DNA from: Octopus sinensis
Taxonomy: Eukaryota
DNA length: 64,000 bases
Assembly: GCF_006345805.1 (NCBI RefSeq)
Contig: NC_043000.1
Span: 97,898,001 to 97,962,000, forward strand
Direction of reading: 5' to 3'
The position numbers and the translations under genes are program-made. Positions 10,301-23,400 of the stretch are shown one piece after another (within the stretch, counting starts at the first letter, position 1; each line of letters begins with the position of its first letter). The notes below the pieces were generated by a model. It made no database searches and was not told the DNA's origin. It was given only the letters and a program-made list of their open reading frames with translations.

Positions 10301-12262
10301 TGGTTTAACACCATCATTAGATAAGTTCACATTGTGGCAAGTATTTAAACTAGGTTTCAACTTGTAGCAACTTGGTTATAGTTTCTGCTTCTCATTCATT
10401 GCATCCCAGAAAGGCCTCCCTGACTGATTGGCTTATAAAGTCACTCATAGATAAACTCCAGCCTCTTGCCCATAGGTATACTGTTTCTTCTCACTGCCTG
10501 TTCTCCTGTACTATTATAGCTTTTACACTTGAGGCATGACCAGGATCATGCTGTCTCCACTTACACATTCCTATCCCACTCATCTCTCCTTTACCTATCA
10601 CCCTTGTTGCTTGACTCTGCACTAATATGTCCGGTCCTTTCTTCCCACATACGCATTCACTCTCATACATATATTTCAGAGCTCATCAGATTGTTGTTAT
10701 TTAGACTCAAGTTAGCCCTGGTACAGCAAATTTATAAGCAAAGGCTTTGTAGCGGTAACCATATTTATCTTTTCTTTCAGGCATTGTGTAGCTGGGACTA
10801 TAGTATCCTACCTATTTTGAAAGGTGCAGTGAACAGCTGCATAGTCTCTCTTTGCTTTGTGATTACAGGAGTATAATAGATTTTGTGACCACAAAGAAGT
10901 TCTCACAGCAACTTGCTTTGATGCTTAATTTAATAGAAAAGGAAGAATCGTTGTCTAACTAGATATTTATGTCTGTTTCAGAATATCTAACACATCCAAA
11001 TTAAATAGCTGATGATGATGATCATCATCATAATGCTTTTCATGCTTGCAAGAGTTGGAAGGATTTAATCCAGCACATTGTTTGCCCAGTTGTAGATCGC
11101 AATCTATGTGTATGAGTAAATACTGATATTCCACATTGTCAGTACTAGGGCAAACTGGTGGTAATGTTGACACTACTTGTTGATATTTTGATCATTCACT
11201 CTATGCTTTCAAAAATTTTTGGAATTAAGAAACCTTTACTTAAAAACATGTAAGAATTGGTGACAAGAAAAGCATCAAACCAGAAAATTCTGCCTTAAAA
11301 TGATCCTTTGTTTAACCCATGCTAGCATAATAGATTGCAAGAGTTCTCAGTATCTCCGGTGAAAGTGTGAAGGAACACAGTTGCACCAGAGTACAACTGA
11401 CCATCCTTGACCCCACCCTCTTGCTCTGCTTCTGACATGTTATATGTGTTTATCTTTTTGTAGTACATTTGTATATTGTATAGAATAAAGCATATTGACT
11501 AAAAGTTCAGCAATACTGTCAAAAACTCTTTGTTATGAAAAAGGCCATGAATTAGTGTTGGTGAGTTTAGCCATAGTTCTACAAGTTGGAGATATGATCA
11601 TTGAACTTATCTGTATGTCAGCTGCTAAATTACCAATAAAAGAGTGTTTTCTTGCTGATTTACTGTTCACTGCTGCTGTTACAACTGGATTACCATTGCC
11701 ATTACCAATAACTATAATATTGTGCATGGTACTTGCTTTGACATAGCAACTCTCACAAATATATCATGTGTATTTTGCCCATCTCCATAGCAATCACATA
11801 TGTAATGTAGGCTGCTGATTGTTCAAAAAGAAGATGGCAAAAGTCAGAGGTGTACATCATGTAAATTAATGACTACTCCTAAAGATTGTCTTAGCATTTA
11901 TTTCTTTTGCTGTTTTTCTATGACCTCAGATGTAACAAAAGAGCATCTTAGATGCATCTGGTTGTTTGATTTGCTACCTTAGAGACCTGATCTTTTCCGT
12001 TGACAAATGCAAACTTCAAATTTGAGGATGTGCATTGGCCACTAGCATACCATCCATGAGATTTTTTTTGCTACATACTCACACATATATTGTCTAGACA
12101 CAAGCATGACTGTGGGGTTAAGAAGTTTATTTTGCATAGTTTCAGATACAGTCTCATTGTGTGATACTTTGGGTAAGTGTCTTACCCTATAGCCGAGGAC
12201 TAACCTATGCCTTGTAAGTGAATTTGGTTGGTGGATGCTGTAGGAAGCTTGTTATATATATA

Positions 12263-12459
12263 TGAGGGTGTGCTGAAAAGTTCCTGGCCTTGGGTAAAAG
12301 AAAATACAGCAGGATCAGTTAATTATGATTTTATATTGAACTTCTTCCCTGCAGCAGTCCCTCAGTTTTTTTAAGCCCTGTAAAAAAGAACTTGGAAGGC
12401 TGGGCCTCCACCCAGCTCTTTGGTGATACTTTTAAAACTACTTTTTCAGTTCCTCCTCA
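12263..12459. mobile_element. Tc1/mariner-like MITE inserted in the TA tract of a SINE
   Basis: TA|TGAGGGTGTGCTGAAAAG ... TTTTCAGTTCCTCCTCA|TA: degenerate TIRs with a TA target. Confidence 0.65.
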
Positions 12460-13076
12460 TATATGGGTGTATGTGCATGCAAATGTGAGCAAATATTGAC
12501 ATCCCACAGCTATCCTAGTCCCTGCTAGTGATATATTTACATTCCTTGTTGATATTATCACTGGTTGCTCTGCATTTTCAAAACCCTGAGGAATAATAAA
12601 CCCCTTACTTTAAAATTTTAAAAATAGGTAAAGGTTGGCAACAGAAAGATCCTCTGGCCATAGAATACTGCCGCTGATAATTCCATCATCCAGATCATAG
12701 TAACACAACAATATGAACATTAAATGTGTGTGTGTAAAATATTAGGTGTTCCAAATACCAATTCGAAAGAGAAAAGAGCAACAGCCATAATTGAGCAAAA
12801 TAGAAGGTAATTTTGATTTTAATAGAATAATTTTTAGTCTCCACTTACTCAAATGTATGGCACATTTGTTTGTTTTTTTGTTTTTTTAATTTTCATTTTT
12901 AAAGAAATTTTTTATTTGAGCTGTAGTGAAATTTAAAAAATGTTTTTTTAATGTGTGTATGAGGTTTTGCTTTATTTAAATGTCTTCTATTCGAGCATTT
13001 ACTGTGTTGGTTTCAATCAAATTTGTGAAATGTATTCAGTTTTACAGATATGTTAATCATCATGTTCCTTTTGTAG

Positions 13077-13586
13077 ATAATTTGAACAATATGTAAATTA
13101 TTTCTCCGTTGAATACTAATAACTGATAGTAGAAATGACATAGCATTCTTTTCAACAGTTCACCAATCATATGGAATATCTGGCTCCTTTGTAAATGATG
13201 ATATTATGAATGTAAGAGAATATTCACAAAGGCTACTTAATTTCTACCAGAGAACTTTGATATTTAGATAAAACTCTTAGATGATCAAGATAATTCTATA
13301 AAGAATCTTCAAACTGTCATTGAAACTGATCTCAAATTTACAACTCGAGGACTAGTTTTGCAATTTCAAAAGTTCTTTCATTAACTTCTAAAGTAATCAA
13401 AATTTATAAGGTCCTACATGATCTGACTGATACTATTCATGTACAGATCAACATTTGTTCAGGATTCAACAAAAAGATGCTAATCAATTGAAAAGTTGGT
13501 TGTTTATTTTCATGTTCAACAAAGACCATTGTAAAAGATGCAAACTTTTGTTTGATTCAATATCATCATCAGGAATCCTTAAGCAG
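13077..13586 (+). other. Candidate 510-nt non-coding exon of the plus-strand transcript
   Basis: Acceptor TTCCTTTTGTAG|ATAA and donor CAG|GTAATG. The sequence is not recognisably repetitive and has no long ATG-started ORF. Confidence 0.5.
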
Positions 13587-13959
13587 GTAATGTTCTTAGG
13601 GTGTTCCTTGAACCCAGTCTACTTCCTTGGTACCAATCACCCATGGACAATTTTCTTCCTGAGCTGCCATTTTCTGTATTCATATATAATATTTTATCAC
13701 TTATAAAATTGTAATGTTAAGGTAGGCTATTTTTGGATAAAATGAGAAGGGTGCAGCAGTGTTAGTGTAGGGGAAATGAGGTGGCATAGGGAGAGTGACT
13801 GATATCTAGGACGGGGAGAACAGAGTTGTGTAAGCAAGAAATATGAAGTGGCAGTGGGATGGTAACATTAATATGGCTGTCATTCAGGGATACACATGTA
13901 CATGCTTTCAATCAGTTTACAAAGCCAAGTCAATTGCAGACAGATGATTATTAATGAAT

Positions 13960-14122
13960 TTAGCGTCCGCTTTCCATGCTAGCATGGGTTGGATGGTTCA
14001 ACTGGGGTCTGTGAGGCGGGAAGGCTTCTTCAGGCCCAGTCAGATCTGGCAGTGTTTCTACGGCTGGATGCCCTTCCTAACGCCAACCACTCCGTGAGTG
14101 TAGTGGGTGCTTTTTACGTGCC

Positions 14123-14124
<2 letters not shown>
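13960..14124 (-). mobile_element. Young RTE-tail-like SINE or LINE 3' fragment (family C)
   Basis: TTTCCATGCTAGCATGGGTTGGATGG...CTACGGCTGGATGCCCTTCCTAACGCCAACCAC motif, repeated in decayed form near 27240, 34070, 37490, 49900 and 50580 (reverse). Confidence 0.75.
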
Positions 14125-14167
<43 letters not shown>

Positions 14168-14436
14168 ATGTAGGTGTGTCACATGCTGTTAGTTTAAGAA
14201 AAGGAATACTTTAGACCAAAATTTTACTCTATTAACATATATACACATACACTTATGGCATGCACACAAATGAAAATAATTTAATCCTACAATTACATTT
14301 GTGATTAAACCAAACTCATTCTTTTTCCTCATCCCTCTCTCTCTCTGTCTCTCCACACACATCATGCTCTTTCTTGCTCCACTCTCTGTCTGTCTCTCTC
14401 TTTCTACACACACACACACATCTTGCTTGCGCCACC

Positions 14437-14444
<8 letters not shown>

Positions 14445-14467
<23 letters not shown>

Positions 14468-15490
14468 CACACGCACATCTTTCATATCACACTCTTTCTC
14501 ATTCCTCTGAAGGTTAGCATTTAACGTCAGGCTTTCATGTTAGCACTTAAGATTACAATTTTGAGTTAGGATTAGAATTACATTTAAGCGGAAACTGAAA
14601 AGAGATTCAAAAGATTTGATTTTGTATACAAACTTTTACAGAATTGAACTTGCATGTTTGGAATTTGGATATCAAACAAAAATATATTCTTAAAAAACAA
14701 TAAAAGGTCTACAAAGTGTTCTTAGTCTGAAATTTTGGTGAGTCTTTTTTCATAAGGTTTACTACAAGTTAGATAAAAAGCTTTGCGATGTTACAGTTAA
14801 TTCTCTGAATCATTAACTCAGGCAACACCAGGTAGTTCAGCTAGTATATATATGATATATTCTTTTATTCTTTTACTTGTTTCAGTCATTTGATTGTGGC
14901 CATGCTGAGCACTACCTTTAGTTGAAGAAATTGACCTTGGACTTATTCTTTGTATGCCTAGTTCTTCTTTCTCTCTCTCTCTCTCTCTCCACACGCACAT
15001 CTTTCATATCACACTCTTTCTCATTCCTCTGAAGGTTAGCATTTAACGTCAGGCTTTCATGTTAGCACTTAAGATTACAATTTTGAGTTAGTATTAGAAT
15101 TACATTTAAGCGGAAACTGAAAAGAGATTCAAAAGATTTGATTTTGTATACAAACTTTTACAGAATTGAACTTGCATGTTTGGAATTTGGATATCAAACA
15201 AAAATATATTCTTAAAAAACAATAAAAGGTCTACAAAGTGTTCTTAGTCTGAAATTTTGCTGAGTCTTTTTTCAATAAGGTTTACTACAAGTTAGATAAA
15301 AAGCTTTGCGATGTTACAGTTAATTCTCTGAATCATTAACTCAGGCAACACCAGGTAGTTCAGCTAGTATATATATAGATATATTCTTTTATTCTTTTAC
15401 TTGTTTCAGTCATTTGATTGTGGCCATGCTGGAGCACTACCTTTAGTTGAAGAAATTGACCTTGGACTTATTCTTTGTATGCCTAGTTCT
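14445..15490. repeat. Tandem direct duplication, unit about 522 bp, near-identical copies
   Basis: CCACACGCACATCTTTCATATC at 14467 and 14989; both copies run to ...TGTATGCCTAGTTCTT. Confidence 0.95.
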
Positions 15491-15599
15491 TATTTAATTG
15501 GTCTCTTTTGTTAGTGTGTTTACAGGGATGTAAACACACTAACATCGGTTGTCAAGTGATGGTGGGGGACAAACACAGACACACAAACATATACGTACA

Positions 15600-16065
15600 T
15601 ACATTTTTATATAAGAAGATAATTTTATAACTTCGTTAAACCAAAAAGCAATTTCGTTAAATCGAAGAATAAAATTAGGACTGAAGCTGGAAGTGCTCAG
15701 GTGACACCAAGGCGAAAGGAGAAATAAGTTGAAAGGTATAATGAATACACACTCCAATTGATCAAAACAACTTTATAACATTCCCAAATTATCATAAATC
15801 AAATATAAATATATATTAAAAGAACAGGGTACCCAATGGTAAAACCCAACAGTGTAAAATATACACATATACACAAATCAAATGTGATAAAACTTAAAAG
15901 GGTAATACGAGTGAAGTGGAATGAAGAAAAATATATGGAATAAATTAATGCATAATAAAAGTGACTAAAAGTTTAAGGCAATGGAGCTAAAATAATATAA
16001 ATATATAAAAATAGTGTAAGGTAACCAGAAAAGAGTTCAGTTGGAGTTTTATTCATTATACCTTT

Positions 16066-16117
<52 letters not shown>

Positions 16118-16420
16118 AAAAAGGGTAAGATAACAAAAGAACGAAAGAGACCTCAATATTATGTAAATAGAGGAAATTTATCTGTAAAATAATATGTGAC
16201 AATTATTTTAGAGATATATATATATTTCCCTCTATATTCCCTATCCTCCTTTTCCATAATATTTAGATCTGAAATATTTCCTCAATTTAACTTTCTCACA
16301 CTGTCTCTGATGAAGGGATATCCATGTTATCCCAGAAACAGCTGTAAGACTATTTCCTTATAAATGTACTGAAAACTCCTGACACCCTTGGCTTCGTTAT
16401 CTCATTTTCTCTATAATATA
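15600..16420. mobile_element. Penelope-like (PLE) terminal remnants with an inverted repeat and a hammerhead motif
   Basis: Inverted repeat at 15729-15761 / 16037-16068, a (TA)n tract, and a minimal hammerhead at 16303-16350. Minimal hammerheads are a known hallmark of PLE termini. Confidence 0.55.
16303..16350 (+). ncRNA. Minimal type I hammerhead ribozyme (PLE type)
   Basis: GTCT-CTGATGA-A-GGGATA(tccatgt)TATCCC-A-GAAA-CAGCTG-TA-AGAC: stem I GTCT/AGAC, intact core boxes, 6-bp stem II, palindromic stem III ACAGCTGT, and a GUA cleavage triplet. Confidence 0.8.
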
Positions 16421-19400
16421 TATATATATACACACACACACAACAGGCTTCTTTCAGTTTCTGTCTATCAAATCCACTCACAAGGTATTGGTTGGCTGTG
16501 GCTATAACAGAAGACATTTGCCCAAGGTGCCACATAGTGGGACTGAACCCGGAACCATGTGGTTGGGAAGCAAGCTTATAACCACACCTGCACCTATAGC
16601 AAGCTTCTTACCACACAGCCATGCCTACGCCTATATATATGTAATTTTAATGTTCATTGTTAATAGTTATGTTTAGTCTCTCCAGATCTTTTGGGATCAT
16701 TTTTTACCAGGTCTTTTTATTCTTTTGTGGTCTTTCCATTCTTTGGGTCAACATTGTACAAGTATTATTACCTTAAAAGATCCATTTAATTCACGTGGCT
16801 ATTACAGTGTTAATTAATTGGCATAAACAAATTCCTGAAATTGGTTACTCCAAGGATTTGGCAAAGGCATCCCATTTGAAACATTTCCAACATATCAAAG
16901 TTATTCTAGAGAAATGTCTATGATTTGCTACTGTATAACATCGCAGGCAGTACAGATAATCAATAAATGCAGAATATAGTATGTAATGAGATGTTCTCTT
17001 GTTTCAAAACATACCAATTAGGGAGACCAAAGGCTGCAGATACTAAATCAATTCTATTTTTGATATTGATATCTGTGCAATATAACAGGTGTAATGTGTA
17101 ATTAAGTATTGGATGTAATCAAATAGACCCAGCCGTAAAGGTATTCACATCAGATTATATACAATAAGTATTAGATAGAAAATGAATGAACTGAACAGTT
17201 GTTTTACTTCGGCATGTGTAAACAAGGCTGCACTTTCCAGCAAAAAAATGAAAACATCACCCTGAATGTTAAGGTGTTGCTTCTACAACCTTCTAACACT
17301 TATTTTCTATTTATTTATTTGTTGTTAATTCTTCACAGAGTATTAACTCTATAAGTAAACAGTAATAATGAAGAGCTAATTGGCTTTTTTTTTCTAAACC
17401 TAAAGAATTTTGATTTTTTAAGGTGGTGACTCAGCATTGCTTAGCCAGATGAATGAAGCTAATAAAAGAATAGGGGCATTGACATTGTAACAGGGTCACT
17501 TGGGATTGATATGAAAGCAGTTATCTTGATTAAATTTACAATAAAATTTTAATTTTGTTAAATTAATCTCTTAATTTCTTTCCATTCACATATAACACTG
17601 GATCTGAAATAAAACATAATGCTAATAAACTTGATGAAAGCTATAACAAAGTCTTTTTTTATGAATATAATTTTCATATCTGATTTATCATTCTTGCATT
17701 GGCTAGACAAACAGGTTTCAGGAAAGAAAATCTGTTGTAACTAAATTATATTTTAAATATCAAATCTCACTAAGGAATTATCAGGGTTTTCCTACCTATT
17801 CCTTAGGAAAAATTCAGAAATTTGTCAATATGTAAAACCAATGTAATGATAGGAAGTATTAACAATGTCTGTAACAGTCTTGAGAATACCTGTTACATTG
17901 ATTTTATGAATCTAATGGCTCAAGTAGTATCAATGTTTCCAAAAACAATAGTTGTGTAGTATAAAAAAAAAATTGTCATAGTTTTTAACTAAACTCTTTA
18001 ACAATGTGCTCAAGTGTAAAATAAAGCCATCAAGTAGTGTATGAATGAAATGTGACTATGAGAAAATGAATATGACTGCAGTAAGTGAACAGAACATTGC
18101 TTTATTTTTACAGTTGCTACAACAGAATTTGTTGTTACAAGATGCAGTTGATGGTTCCCAGGCTTAACACACGAACTGAAGAACCAATTAATTTCCAAAC
18201 AATTATATTTCCCAACACTCTCATTTATACAATTTTGTACATTTAATTAGTAATTCAATTGTCACTCACTATAAATATGAAAGCTGTCCTTCACTGATTA
18301 GGTCAGAATAAGAACAATTTTTGAGTTGTCTCTTGTACTTGTCAGAAAAATGAAAATAATATTAATCATTGACTAATGCTATTTTATCCTTCACCATGTG
18401 TTTTTATTAACTGATGAGCTGAACATTCATTTGTCTGGTTAGCTCTGTAAAAAGTAGTGATGATGTCTATTATAACTTCTAGGATCTTCAAAACACTTAG
18501 ACATAAACTTAATAAGGTTGTTATTGTTCAACTCTGATCCAGTGGAACTATGATCAAAGCATTCCACCCATTGATCATCCCATTTTTTTTCAGACACAGT
18601 ATATCTAAGACTACATTTATTCCAATACGGCCTTCTCTTTTTGAAGAAGGTAGGGTATAATATAAGCTGTATTTGGCTAGTATTTTTAGCAGATGCAAAA
18701 ATCATGTAGAAGCTGCCACATTGGCTCAACAAGGTAGGAAATCAATAATTAGTTTTAGATTCTGTTGTGAGGTTAATCTCTTGATAAGATACTCTTTTTA
18801 ACATAGGCAGCATTCTCTTAATTTAGGTGAACTGAGAAACTCTGAATGAACCTTTTTGTGACCATTTTCTAATGATATGTATTATTCCTCTCAGTTCTTA
18901 GTTTTCCTACGTATCAGTCCATCCATGTTCACCATATCTGCCTCTGATAGACAAAAATATATTTTTGTTGGTTCCTCTTTGGATTATTTCTCTAGTAAGG
19001 TTTTTTTTTCTTACCTCAAGGAGAGAGATTATTTACTCCTTATTTATTCAAGCTTGGACTGGCTGGTATCCTCACTTGAATGACAATAACTAAGATCAGA
19101 TGATTCTGAGAGAAAATGAAGAGGAGTTAACTTCAGTACATGACTGGTACTTTATTTTTATTAACTTACCAATCATAGAAGGATAGAAAGCAAAGTTGAC
19201 ATTGGCAAAATGTGAACTCAGAGTGCGAAGATCTGGAACAAATATCATAAGGCATTTCTCTAATATCATAGTGATTCTATAAATCAAATGCCTTAAAGAT
19301 AACAGAATATACTATCCCTAATATTTTCATTTAAAATAAATGAAAGTAATCAAGAATTTGAATGGTTTAGTAACATACTTAATGTTTTCATTATTGAGCT

Positions 19401-20344
19401 GATGTTTGGAACATGATGAATGTTTCTTTCTCAAAATTATGATGGAAAATTGTTTAATTTAGATATAAACACTTTAAAAACAGGTGGTTTTGTATCACAG
19501 AACCAGAGTCAGTTTCAGGCAAACTGATATAGAAAGGATTCAAATGCTCTCTCCAGTTATAACAAAACACCTGCAGAAGATGTAAACAGTTTAACCTATG
19601 TGATATGGTGAAGGAAGTAGTTATTAAATGGTAGATATAATGAATGTTGATAGCTACAGGATTCCTTTAAACTCTAAGTAAGAAGTTCTATCTCCTTTGA
19701 CTTATCTGTATCTCTTTATAACTTTATTGTTTTGAGCGGCTAATTTGTCAAATTTCCAAGCTTGGTGCACTTCTGATGATCTTACTTCCTGCCTTTAATT
19801 AATTTCTGATTTGCAATAGCTTCCTTGATATACTTATCAAAAGCGTTGTTGAAATATTTATGAAAATGATTAGCAAAAGTCTTTAGAAAAATTTTATTGA
19901 TTTAAAAAGCAAAAAAAAAAAATTCTTTCCGTTCTAATTATTGACTTTGTATAAGAAAAAAAAAATGAAAGAAAACAGTCATGTAATATTCTAATGCTTC
20001 AGCATCAGGTAATTGATAATAGGCCTGCAGTCATAAAATAAAATCCATGCTGGCAAATATTGGCAATGAGATTAAATTTGTTAATAGCCACTGGAAACTA
20101 TCTGCTCATTTCAAATGACATGTGTTTTGTTGTTGTTTAGCTCCAAGTCAACCCTTATTGAGCTGAATTACATTCATAGGCATTCCTGTAGTGACTACCC
20201 AGTTCTTTTAAGGTTGTGTTTAGGACTTCATTATCCATTATGTCCTTTCATTACCATATCTCTAATGAAATATTTAACTTACGTTTTTTTCTTTTTAATT
20301 AATTTTCAGAATAATCAAGAATTGACAGGGATTTATTAAATTCT

Positions 20345-20730
20345 TTCTAACTTTGGCACAAGGCCAGCAATTTTGATATGGGTTGGGGCAAGCCATTTAC
20401 ATCAATCCCAGTATTTGACTGGTACTTATTTTATCAACCTGGAAAGGATAATAAGCAAAGTTGGCCTTGGTGGAATTTGAACTCAGAATGTAGAGCACTA
20501 GAAGAAATTCCGCTAACTTTAGCAGAAGGGCAGCAATTTTGATATAGGGTGGGGCAAGCCATTTACATCAATCCTAGTATTGACTGATACTTATTTTATC
20601 AACCTAGAAAGGATGATAAGCGAAGTTGGCCTTGGTGGAATTTGAACTCAGAATGTAGAGCACTAGAAGAAATGCCGCTAAGCATTTTGTCCAGTATGCT
20701 ATTTATTCTGCTCACTCACCACCTTAGGGA
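20345..20730 (-). mobile_element. Family-A SINE with an internal tandem duplication (period 166 bp)
   Basis: CAGCAATTTTGATAT...AGAATGTAGAGCACTAGAAGAAAT at 20365 and again at 20531. Confidence 0.85.
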
Positions 20731-21104
20731 TTTACTAAATTAACTTCATCTATTAAGTGCGGTATTTTTAGAGGTGATGGAGTAACATATCTGTTAGAGT
20801 ATTGACAAATACCTTGTGAGATTTCTTTCAGCTTTTTACATTCTCAGATCACCTTCTACTGAGATTAACTTTGTCTTTCAGTCTTTGGGGCTTGGCAGGG
20901 TGGGGAGGTGGGATTATCTGTCAAATATTGGGATTGATGATATCAACTACACTCTCTCTCTTCAAAATTACTGGCCTTCTGTTTAAATTAGTAATAATTG
21001 TTAATTTGGTATTTGAACATATGTCAAAAATGGTTTCTAGGATAAAATTGTGATAGATTTCATTTTGATGCAACTTCTTTAAAGTAGACTTTTGTTGTTT
21101 TTGC

Positions 21105-21700
21105 AGTTACGGCTATGTGGTTAAGAAGCTCACTTTTCAACCATGTGGTTTTTAGTTCTGTCCCACTGTATGGCACCTTAACAAGTGTCTTCTATAGCCT
21201 CAGGTTGACTAAAAGCCTTGTGAGTGAATTTAATGAATAGAAACTGTATGGAAACCCATCATAAATATGTGTGTGTGTGTTCTTCCACTGCTTGACAACC
21301 ATTGTTGGTTTGTTTACATCTCCGTAACTTAGCTGTTTGGCAAAAAGAGATTGATAGAATAGCTATCAAACTTTAAAAAAAAACGTACTGGAGTCAATTC
21401 ATGTGACTAAAACCCTTACCCTTTAGTACTCAGATTATTCTGTCTAATGTAATGCTTATTCACATTGTTTTGAATTAATCGTGCATTATCTCATAACTTC
21501 AAAACTTTGATGTTGTGATTGCTTATTTTTAGAATTATATTATATGGTAGGATGAAATGCCAGACCTGGCTCATTTGAACATGAAGCAGATATAATTTTA
21601 GGGCTGGATATGCTTAATTTAAATCCTAAAAAGTTAAAGGTGATGCCCCAGGATAGCCACAGTCCAGTGGCTGACTGAAGCAAGTAGATGATAAACCTGA
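21105..21700 (+). mobile_element. Family-B SINE interrupted by a degenerate piggyBac-like MITE (about 21415-21636)
   Basis: SINE head GGCTATGTGGTTAAGAAGCT. The insert CCCTTTAGTACTCAG...TAAAAGTTAA is related to the copy at 47884-48089. The SINE resumes at GGTGATGCCCCAG. Confidence 0.7.
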
Positions 21701-22712
21701 CATGCTCTCAGGTAGCTTGGTATAAAAATGGCTAAAACAGTAGGGTGCAAAAATAAACACGACAAGTTCTGGTGAAGACAGTTTGTTGCACCCATAAGCT
21801 GTGTAAGGAATCTACTGAATGAGAAATGATTGGAGTTAAACAAAAACAACAGTTTAGTCATTTGTCAGCAACTTATTCAAATAGGTTACTTGACTGCCAG
21901 TTTGTCAAGCTTTATACTGGCTAGTCTAGACATAGTGAGGGCTGAGTGGTTAAGATCAGAGATCTAATTCCATTAGGTAGCATCTTGGCCAAATGTTTTT
22001 CTTTTTACCATAACCTCATCAAATCAATAATTCTGAGTGAACTTGGGTTCAATCATACTTGTTTGCCAAAGGACCAACCTTGTCACACTGATTCTGTGTG
22101 AGAATTACATTAAGAGTATAAGTATTTATGGAATACACAGCCACATGTGTTGTAATTCAGAACAATTGGAACATTCATTGTCACAACCCAACAGAGAATC
22201 CATTTACATTGTAGCCAGCATTTTCCAGACTGGGTCAGTGTAATATTATCTCAAAACCTACTGGTAGTTCTGGAGTGCCTTATTTGTATTAAGAATTATT
22301 AAAGAAATTTGGCGTGTTTTAGGAAACAATTAAAATTTTAATTGGATATGATGTTAATCAACTTTGTTTTTAAACTGGAATTGAAATTCAATCTTTTATA
22401 CTACTATGTGTACATCACTTTAGTGTAGTGGGATTTATTTTTTGAGTGAAAGTGACGTGGAGTGAGATTACACATACATTTTACACTGTGATTTCCACTC
22501 TTCTTAGTCAGTATTTATAGAATTATTTAAGATAGAGGTTGTTAAACTGAATATTCTACACAAAAAATTCAAAATTTATTGAAATTTCCCTCTTAGTTAG
22601 ACAAAGAAAACAAAACTGTAGCAACCATTGCTAATGACTCTCAAAGTAAAGGTGAAAAAATTTCAAGAAATTGTCTTAATTTCATTTTTATTAGATTGTT
22701 TTGTTTCTCTAG

Positions 22713-22822
22713 GTTCAAGTAACTCTTATTGTGTTATCAGTAATCAGTAGTCTGTATTGAGGGGTACATTGTTTCCCAAGGAAGGACTTAATATTCACAG
22801 TATTTCTCACTCTTACTTTCTG
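22713..22822 (+). other. Candidate 110-nt non-coding exon
   Basis: Acceptor TTTTGTTTCTCTAG|G and donor TG|GTGAGT. Stops occur in all three frames. Confidence 0.4.
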
Positions 22823-23400
22823 GTGAGTATGAAGTCTATCTGACTTGTGTGTTTGCCTGATTAATGCAATTATTTGATGCTAACAATCAAATTGTGCATT
22901 CAGTTGATAGCACAAGAGGTGTTCACACCTAACCACTCCACAGTTGGGCACAGCACTAACATGTTAATTGTTAGTCCAATGTTCACAATTAGAAATTTTT
23001 TATTGTTTGTGAATTTGTGAACCATGGTTTTATTGGTGCGATGCTCCCTTCTTATCACCTACTACTTTACAGCTTGTTCTGAGTGTATTTTATTATGCTA
23101 TTAGCATTAGAGAGGTAACATTTTGGAACTGAAGTGATCCTTCTGCATTGTATCACTTTTTGATACAGGGTTGCTTTACTGTGGCTTCCAGAGTTCACAT
23201 CTTTATGCAGTTAAAACAAGAACTCTGTTCTAAAATTTTTGGATCTGTTTGAGTTACCTTTACTGTGGCTGTGAAACCACATCTTTGAAAATAAACTTGA
23301 GTGCATTTGGGATTGCCTAGCATCCTTGACTGGTTGCCTTTAGTTAAGCTTTGAAGCTGTCTCTCTGTGATGTACTTGTGTGATACTTGTTTTATCAGAA

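Larger units (their letters stand above)
15385..16631 (-). mobile_element. Family-B SINE split by a Penelope-like insert in its internal microsatellite; boundaries approximate
   Basis: Tail half at about 15385-15600 and head half at about 16430-16631 (GGGACTGAACCCGGAACCATGTGGTTGG, reverse B-box). Confidence 0.7.

Noticed and set aside
11495-11746. Overlapping ORFs on both strands in non-repeat-looking sequence
   Set aside because: No recognisable motif or convincing splice-site pair; possibly an old transposon remnant.
16505-16631. tRNA-like A/B boxes
   Set aside because: This is a SINE head with no complete cloverleaf, so it is not called as a tRNA.
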